From: Intoshia linei
Lineage: Eukaryota; Animalia; Orthonectida
Length of the DNA: 60,240 nt
Direction: 5' to 3'
Assembly (NCBI GenBank): GCA_001642005.1
Contig: LWCA01000073.1
Span: forward strand, 1-60,240
Below the pieces are notes generated by a model that was given only the letters and a program-made list of their open reading frames with translations, was not told the DNA's origin and ran no database searches. Positions 52,208 to 60,240 of the stretch are shown here, piece by piece. Numbering within the stretch: position 1 is the stretch's first letter; every line of letters starts with the position of its first letter. A program made the translations under genes and the position numbers.

Positions 52208-54632
52208 CCCTTACATACATTGACTATAATTAAAAATGTATTTATGGCATAGCTGTTAATTCTGCCCAAATTAGCAAAAATTTTTAACAGAATTTTTATG
52301 TAAAATTTACTCATAAAATATTAGTACAAAGTCATAAATATGTCATTCAATTAACAGTTCGTGTCAGCTAATATGCCAGAAAATTAAGATATTAAATATA
52401 AATTTAATTTAAAAAGATAATATAAAGAAAGATATGGGTAATAGTATAACCAATATACAATACAAAATACTCAGAAATACAGCGGAAATAATTTTTATTC
52501 ATTATTTCGTTTAATTCGATTATTTAAAATTTAAAAAGACTATTTAGTTGAAAAAATAAATTCAAACCAAATTGAAATTTACAATTTTTTGAAATATTCT
52601 TTATAAATCCAGAGTTTAGTGTTTTAATTACAAATTAAATTTATTATTACAATAAAAATTTATAATTTAATTCTTAAATTGATTTTAATTAGACTGTCCA
52701 TATTTTTCATATTTGGATTGAAAAAGATTGATACTAAAAAATTTTCACAATTTATTTCATTTGACTAATATTTTTAGAGCTGCTAGCCAATTTTTTTATA
52801 CAGCTTGCCAATCTTTTAAAAGATTGTAAATTTGAAATGATTATAAAATTAAGTATATAAAAACAAAAAAGTAACTAAACATTTAATTTAAAATTATATT
52901 TACATTTATGATATAGAATCTGAATCGTTCATATTGAATCGATTTGAATAATGATCCTTGAAACAGTGAGGATGAAGTGCCATATATGAACTCTTCCTAT
53001 TTAAACAGGCATTGCGTTGATATCTCGTTCGAGATTTTACACATGTTTGTACACAATAAGAACATAATCGTGATTTTTTATCAGGAATTATTGTAGGCAT
53101 ATGATCAATAGATTCTAATTCCACTTCCTAAATAGATTCGTTCTTTGTTTCGTTGACTAAAAAAATGTTTATAAGACGTTTTCTGAATTCAAGCGATGTC
53201 TTAGCCTTGTCATCCCCAATGTAAAAGCTATGGTATAAAACATAAAAATAATGCATCATAAGGTTGATAAGATATATAGTCAATTTTTTAGTCCATCTAA
53301 CCGTTTTTATTTCACTAAAATAAGTTTTGACCATTTGATCATATCGATCCACACCACCCATGTAGGTATCATAATTTTTAACAACATTAGGTTTGGACGT
53401 GATTGACTTGTTATTTCCAATAATCGATAGACTTAAATTTATGAAATTATTGATTAAACTAAATACTTTTTTATCGTGCCAGATTAAACAGTTAGTATCA
53501 TTTTTTTGTTGCACAACAATCTCATATTTATTCAAATTTTTTTTCAAAGTTTTCATATTTTCTGGTCCTCCTCTATTCATTCGTATTGTGCCACTACAAT
53601 ATATTAGTACGGAACGTAATTGATTAAAAAGATCGAAACTAGAATAATAATTATCTAAATATAATTTGTGGTTTTTTTGTGTGTAGTTTTTTATAAGATG
53701 ATTTACAATATTATTGATTTTGTTACTGTTTACATGCAAAGATTAGGATAATACATAACCATTAGAAGAATCACAGCATATATACAACTTCATTCCTATT
53801 TTGGTGGGTTTGAAAAGCATGTATACTTTAAAAGAGTATCTTCCTTTATATTTGACCACGCCTTCATCTATAGACAAATGTTCTCCAGGTGAATACAAAT
53901 AATCAAATTTGTCATTAAATATTTTATAATATCTGATGTATAATAATATCAACTGATTTATCCACATCTCTTTTTCCCAAATCATTGATATGAGTGGAGC
54001 ACATATTTATGAACCGATTAATTTCAGTAAATCGTTTGTAAGATAGTGCAGATTTAACTAAATTAACAATAAATAAATCATTGTACCAATAGTCTCTCAA
54101 TTCAGGAAATCGATAAATACCCATAAAAATAATAATCATTACGTATTTTCGAATTTCATATGTATTTAAATCTTGAATAAATTTTGAATCAGGTTCATCA
54201 CAAATTGATCGATGGATGCGTTCATTGGTTTGTAGTACCATATAGTCAAATAATTCATCCGTAAAAATCAAATAAAAAATTTTTTCAATAGAATCAGGAA
54301 TTTCCACATTAATTTTTTTTTACCAGTAAATTTGAGATAAAGTAATATTTTTATTTCTGTTTTCCAGGTATTTTCCGACATAATAATTTAAGTAATAATT
54401 TAACAGTAATTTAAAGACAAAAAAGATAAAATGTTAGTTGCATAACAATAAATGTCAGTTTGACAGTCAAATTCATATTTTTAGTTAAATACAAAGTACT
54501 TAAAGTTTTGCACTCAAAGTTCAACATGCTATTTTTGCGTTATTCGTTTATGCAGTGTTTTTTAAACACGCTGTTTTTGCACAGTGGTAATTTTATTAAC
54601 AGTGCAAAAATAGCATGTTATGTATGTAAGGG
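52208..54632 (-). mobile_element. piggyBac DNA transposon (2425 bp)
   Basis: 13-bp perfect TIRs CCCTTACATACAT / ATGTATGTAAGGG; flanks TTAA (52204-52207) and TCAA (54633-54636). Confidence 0.93.
52906..54307 (-). pseudogene. Disrupted piggyBac (PGBD4-like) transposase
   Basis: Catalytic motifs LSIDE, LYLDNYY, MGGVDRYDQ and a Cys-rich tail; one frameshift (~53930-53985) and two in-frame stops (53743, 53128). Confidence 0.93.
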
Positions 54633-56386
54633 TCAAACGAAATATTTAAAAATATTCGTTGATAATATATTAAAAATTATTTTTCACCGGGAATGCGTAG
54701 ATTTATGGGATTGAAATTTTGTATTTATATCAACTGGAATAAGCTGTATCAGAATAATCTCTTTTAATTGTTAGACCGTTAATTATTTAAAATTTTTTGT
54801 TTTAATAAAATAGTTTCGAAATAAAAAATGAATACTAAAATGCTTTTTTGATCGTGAAGGCGTCAAGTATTCAGATTGAAATTTTTTGTGTGTGTTAACA
54901 GAATAAAAATGTACCATCTTTATTTTTTTTTAAAAATTCTAGGAATGTTTTCATTTAAAAAAAAGGTAATATGTGGTTTTGACTATTAAGGTGTGCATTT
55001 CTGAGGATGAGATGTACGACAATGTTAATGTTTTTGGGCTAATTCTTCAACAATTGATTCAATATGTATTTTGTGCACTATGTGTCAAAAATTTTGACTC
55101 AAAATGCTGCACTGTCGATATTTGCCATATCTATCTAACCGTACCCACCGTAAAATATTCATTTTCTAAAAGTTACGATCCGAAAAAAAACTTTAAAAAT
55201 TTTTTCAATACGATACCAAACTTTTAAAACATGGTCTACTTTATCAGAACGAGAGTTTTTGATTGTGCATCATCGTACACCAGACCGTATTGTAGGACTC
55301 GAAAACAATATTATTTCAGTAAATCATTAAAAAAATGTCTAAATATTGAAAATATTGAAATTTTTTCAATTTTTAACTAATTTAAAAATGTGTAACATAT
55401 CAAAAAATATTTTATCCGTACTTAATCGACCCACGGGTTGATTCAAAGCTTTTACTGTGTGTAAATGGAGTTAATATATCGTTATTCACTTTGATTTTAT
55501 AAATCCTCATCTTTAAAACTGAAAATATTTAATTTTTCTAAAAAGTTTTTATTTATATTAACAATTCCGCTATCGGTAACCCTGCATTAGATACATAAAA
55601 AAAATCAATTTTATTTAATCTTAATTAATTCATTTAATTTTAAATATTCATATTTTAAATTTTGGTGCATTTTATCCAATTTTGAATGGAATTTGGTATC
55701 ATCAGAATTCTTACGTTTTAATCTGGGCCAATATTATAAATTAAACTTATTTTAACTGAAATTGTATTTGTGTGTAAGGATGTACATTGATGTATATTGA
55801 TAACATGTAAAGATAGACCCTTAAAAGAATCGTAACTTTTATTTAAATACATGGTTAATAAATATTAAAATTTGATACATAATTGTATAACCGTAATGAT
55901 TCGAAAATAATTATCTACCAACTATTTAAAATTTCTCAGTTTTAACAGACGTATTTAATATTAATTGATAAATTGAAAAAAATTATTAAATTAATGTATA
56001 ATGAAATTCCATATATCAAAAGAAATAATATTAAAAATAAGGAATGTACTTGAGAAAGTATATACAAATTGTCGATATTTTATGTATCTGTAGTACATGT
56101 ATAATATTAATTATTACATTTTATAAATACCAAGTCATAAGTTGAATCCATAATTGATTTCCAACTGTTTGCTGATAATTTTATAAATATTTATAAACAA
56201 TTACATCTGAAATGTTTACAATTAATCAACTATCAATTTGTTTAATAAATGATAACATAATATCCTCATATAGTACACAACCAAAAACATGTGGTTAGAT
56301 GGTTTTATTTTTAAAAGGATTATGTAGTATTGTTCCAAAATTTAATTTTATACTAGTGTGTATAATGTCAAAATATTTTAAATGTA

Positions 56387-57356
56387 TAATCTTGGCATCA
56401 TTACACATGGGACTAAATTTGTTTTTAAACAAAAGTAATTATTATTATAATTTTATGATTCAATTACTTAATAATTGTGATAGTATGTATTTTTTTTGGC
56501 CACTTAAATTTAACTCCATAATTTTTAAAATCCCTATGAAATATTTCTAAATAGTATATATTAAAAAAGGATTTTTGTTAAGGGATAATTTTGGTTATGA
56601 TGGGTTTTGTCGAGGGGTGGATTTTTTATAATTACTATTATATATAAAGTTCATTAAACATCTCGCTAGTACATGTAATACCACCAGGACAGTGGAGAGG
56701 GAGGCTAGGGGCCATATGACCAGAAATTACAACCATGAGGGCCTAATATTTTAATTTATTAATGTTTTTGATGGTAATGTTGGAAAATAAGATATAATAA
56801 GATATTAATTTATCTTTGAAATTATTATCACAATCGTTTAGAAGAAGTGATGAAGAAAAAAAGAAATACACCCAACCCTAATTTAGAAATTATACACCTT
56901 AATTAGTCTCTAAATACTATAATAGTATTCTAAATATCAATGATACTTTTATCTTTTCCTTGCAGTTTTTTGATGAGATTATTCATAATTACATTAACAT
57001 CAGTTAAAATATATATTTGTTAAGAAATTGGCACACTGCTTTACTACAAATAAATTTAAATTATATGTTTTAAACAGGGACAAAACAATTTAAAACTAGT
57101 TAAAATTTTCGGCGAGCCACAGGTTGAGATAGGTATTTTTAAAAACAATAAAATGGTTGATAAAAGTGGATTTTTCTGATGAATTGATATAAAATGTTTA
57201 TTTACAAAACTTAAATTTATATAGAGTTGAATTGATGGGCCACTATTGTAAATGTTAAATCTTGGCATCATTACCCATGGGACAAAATTATTTTTTTAAA
57301 CAAAAGTAATTATAAGTATCTTTTTATGATTCAATTACTTGTTAATTGTGATAGTT
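56387..57356 (+). repeat. Dispersed ~95-bp direct repeat (56387-56484; 57258-57354)
   Basis: AATCTTGGCATCATTAC.CATGGGAC.AAATT...TTTATGATTCAATTACT...AATTGTGATAGT occurs twice. Confidence 0.75.
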
Positions 57357-58581
57357 TGCCTATAACAATAGATTTTTTATAATTTTTTTTCAACATAATT
57401 TATATCTAAAATTATTTTTACAAATTTTATTCATTTATCATATATTATCATCAACATATCCTTCAGATATTAGAAAATTATTTGTAGATATATTACATAA
57501 AATATTCATAAACATACAAAAGATTACAAAAATATAATCAAAAGAGCTAATCAAAAAAGGTAAATTTTAATAATTATTGTGAACTGTGGCTTTATGTTTT
57601 AAATGCAATTCGGACGTTTTAGAAGTTTGAGAACTAAATCCTCAAATTTCAGAAATATATAATTTTCTTCGTTTTTGTTTGTACGAATATCTAGCTTTAA
57701 TTCCATGTAATTTCTTTGATGAGATTCCATACTACATCTTTAATAATCTTTATATAATAATAAAACTTTTTATCGCATCCTGGTTCAATGAACACATAAA
57801 ATTTATAGATGGTTGGTTTATATAGCATTATTCAAACAGTTATTAATTGGTTTTTATTGTTGTACATTATATATTATAAATTATAAATGTAATTATAAAT
57901 TTGTGCTTCGGGTCCTGTTGAAAAAATTTTTAAAATTACTGTGCGGGCCGACAATTTTAGTTCGAACCGTGCTGCAGAACTTTGATTGACACATTATGAT
58001 ATCTCCCCATATCAAATAAATAAAACAAATTTATAGGTTTTTATCCTCTAATTAATTAATGTAAAAAAATCATTATCGATCACCAGACATAACGACGCTA
58101 TTTAGTACGGTAATATATTATTCAGTGTTGTATGGGTTTTAAAAATATCTATCTCGCCAAATTCTCTATCTTGCCACCTTTTTGAAATCCAAAAATGGCA
58201 AGTTATATAGAGAATACTGTATTTTAATTTTAGTTTAATTTTGAGTTTTAGAAATTTATTTTGAACCAAACTTTAAGGGGGGTTTACTTATAAATTTTTT
58301 TTAAACCAAACTTTTTAAGTATTTTTAGGAACTTTTTTTGAACCAAACTTTTTAAGGGTTTTTAGGACTTTTTTGAACAGTTCTTTCAAGAGGTGTGTTT
58401 AAGATTTTCAGATCATGTCTTTTACTAAATCTTAAAGGGGAAGGCTTTTTTAATATTTTTTTTAACCAAACTCTGAGGGGAAATTTTCAAAAAAGATGAC
58501 ATTTAATACAGCTTTTTCTAGTTAAAATATATAAAAAATTTCAATGTTAAGTTAAGCTTTAACGTTTAAAACAGCAATGTA

Positions 58582-58900
58582 CACTGCGTTCCAAGTTATT
58601 ATGCAAACATTAAAAACATAATTAATTTAAAAAGTAGTCACTTAATTCTATTAATTTTTTTATCATATTTATTAAGTTACTAAAAATATTTTAACGTCTC
58701 AAGAAAAATGTAATGTATTCAAAAAAAATAAATACACGAAGATTTAAGAAAATTTTGTGATTTTTGGTGTGCCAAATTATTATGCAAATGAATATTAAAC
58801 AATAATTTGTTGTTAATACAAATAAATATATTTTTTTAAATATTTAAATAATATAATCCATTGTATTTTAAAGCAAATTCCAGCAAAAAAATGTAATTAA
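58582..58900. mobile_element. Tc1-like long TIR
   Basis: TA-CACTGCGTTCCAAGTTATTATGCAAA with inner repeat CCAAATTATTATGCAAA; second copy at 60038-60240. Confidence 0.7.
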
Positions 58901-58989
58901 ACTTTACATATTAATATATCCCCTTTCCGGGATATTACAAGAAAAAGTCGTTATCCATGGATTTCGTGAGGTTTTCAATTGTTTTTGCA

Positions 58990-59500
58990 TCGATTGTTTT
59001 GATTTNAATATCTTAAAAACAAAGAAACCATTAATGCGGAAAAGTATTGCGAACAATTGGATAAATTGATCGATGCAATTTAGCGTAAAAGATCTCAAAT
59101 GTTCTATAAAGCTAATATTATTTTATTACACGACTATGCTAGACCTCATCTGCTATAAAAACTAGAAAACATTCAATGGACCTTAATTATGAGGTATTAG
59201 ATCACTTACCATATTCTCCAGACATTGCTCCTTTTAACTATCACCTTTTTAGGTCGATGAGTAACCATTACCATGGAAAAAATACGATTCAATTGAGCAT
59301 TTAAAATCTGACATTGATAACTTTTTGACAAATAAAAGCCAGTTTTTTTCAAAATGGAATTAAAAAGCTACCGGAACGTTGGAGAAGAATTGTTAAATGC
59401 AATAGAGAATATTTTATAGAATAAAGGTTAATCAAAATTGTTATTATAGAAGTTTTAATTATAGTTATAAAAACGACATTACTTTGTGAATCACCTAATA
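58990..59500 (+). pseudogene. mariner transposase remnant with right TIR
   Basis: IILLHDYARPH...EVLDHLPYSPDIAPFNYHLFRSM...GIKKLPERWRRIV; TIR-like CGACATTACTTTGTGAATCACCTAA-TA. Confidence 0.88.
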
Positions 59501-59575
59501 AATTTATTAAAACTTCACTTTATTAAGAAAGTGAAAGGTGATTAAACTTGTCGACATGAAAAGTCGCTAAAAATA

Positions 59576-60035
59576 CCAGTCAGTTGGATTGGTAGCCGCG
59601 CTTTGGTGGCCAATGGATGGATTTGCAAAATTCGAGGGTAGTCGCGCTTTGGTGCCCTATCAATCGAGTAAGAAGGTTGGACTGGTGGGAGGTGTAGTGT
59701 TGTACCAGTTTAGTTGTTATGGTTGTCATAAAGTGAGCGAGTTGTAATGTAAATGATAATGTGGGTTTTTTATAGTGAAAATTATTTTTTTTGATGTTTC
59801 CATTTATGACAATGTTTATGATTTTAAAAACTATCCCAGAATTTATGTTTAAAAAATTTTTAGATGTTTCATTTTTAAAACAGAGCAACTTGTAAACTTG
59901 TAATTTTGACCATGAAGGACTCAAATTCTGAAACTGAAAAATAGATGACAATACGCTCTGAGAAAAACTGTGAGTGTTAATTTTATCAATAAATGGTTAC
60001 ATTCACACAAACACACATAGAAATTCATTTTTATA
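59576..60035 (-). mobile_element. Helitron A-related copy with a distinct GC-rich 3' part
   Basis: 59790-60035 matches variant 26260-26650; minus strand ends CTGG|T at 59576. Confidence 0.55.
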
Positions 60036-60037
60036 TA

Positions 60038-60240
60038 CACTGCGTTCCAAGTTATTATGCAAACATTAATAATTTAAAAAGTACTGACTTAATTCTCTTA
60101 ATTTTTTTATCATATTTATATATTCAACTACTAATACTTTGACGTACCAAAAAAAATGTAATGTATTCCAAAAAAATGAATACACCAAGATTTAAGAAAA
60201 TTTTGTGATTTTTGGTGTGCCAAATTATTATGCAAATGAA
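60038..60240. mobile_element. Tc1-like long TIR (truncated by window edge)
   Basis: Direct copy of 58582-58792, inserted at TA. Confidence 0.7.

Larger units (their letters stand above)
51960..55030 (-). mobile_element. Helitron family A copy split by piggyBac
   Basis: 51960-52207 and 54637-54990 join to match 685-1300. Confidence 0.8.

Noticed and set aside
52906-54307. Domesticated PGBD gene, or stop-codon readthrough/alternative genetic code
   Set aside because: TIRs and target site are present, the frameshift and stops are not removable as clean introns, and host genes use TAA/TAG as normal stops.
54460-59951. Short ORFs 54460, 54973, 56299, 57056, 58904, 59580
   Set aside because: No recognisable motifs or splice-linked partners; they lie in repeat-derived DNA.
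1-60240. tRNA, rRNA or snRNA genes
   Set aside because: No cloverleaf, A/B boxes or recognisable conserved RNA sequence seen by eye; a covariance-model scan would be needed to exclude them.

Overview
Very AT-rich eukaryotic (animal) nuclear DNA, standard genetic code, with many tiny (~37-60 nt) GT-AG introns plus a few kb-scale introns packed with transposon debris. This architecture resembles the orthonectid Intoshia linei (inference only). Manual splicing gives 11 protein-coding genes, several largely invisible to the ORF track: SLC16/MCT transporter (+), cytochrome c1 (-), mitochondrial EF-Ts (+), LIN54/tesmin (+), C20orf85/CIMIP1 (-), calbindin-32-like hexa-EF-hand protein (+), CCDC169 (+), nuclear receptor E78 (+), NAP1 (-), MZT1 (+) and Ovo (-). 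The repeats are dominated by a ~1.3 kb non-autonomous Helitron family (one copy with exact A|TC...CTAG|T ends). There are also many hAT MITEs with 8-bp TSDs, Tc1/mariner remnants and a full-length but disrupted piggyBac nested in a Helitron. Best leads: an Ovo carrying an eh1 (Groucho-binding) motif instead of a SNAG domain; a five-element transposon nest with two hAT MITEs stacked at one target site; a foldback hairpin abutting a splice donor; and ultra-short convergent gene gaps. I see no convincing wholly new multi-gene system. Repeat boundaries marked '~' are approximate.
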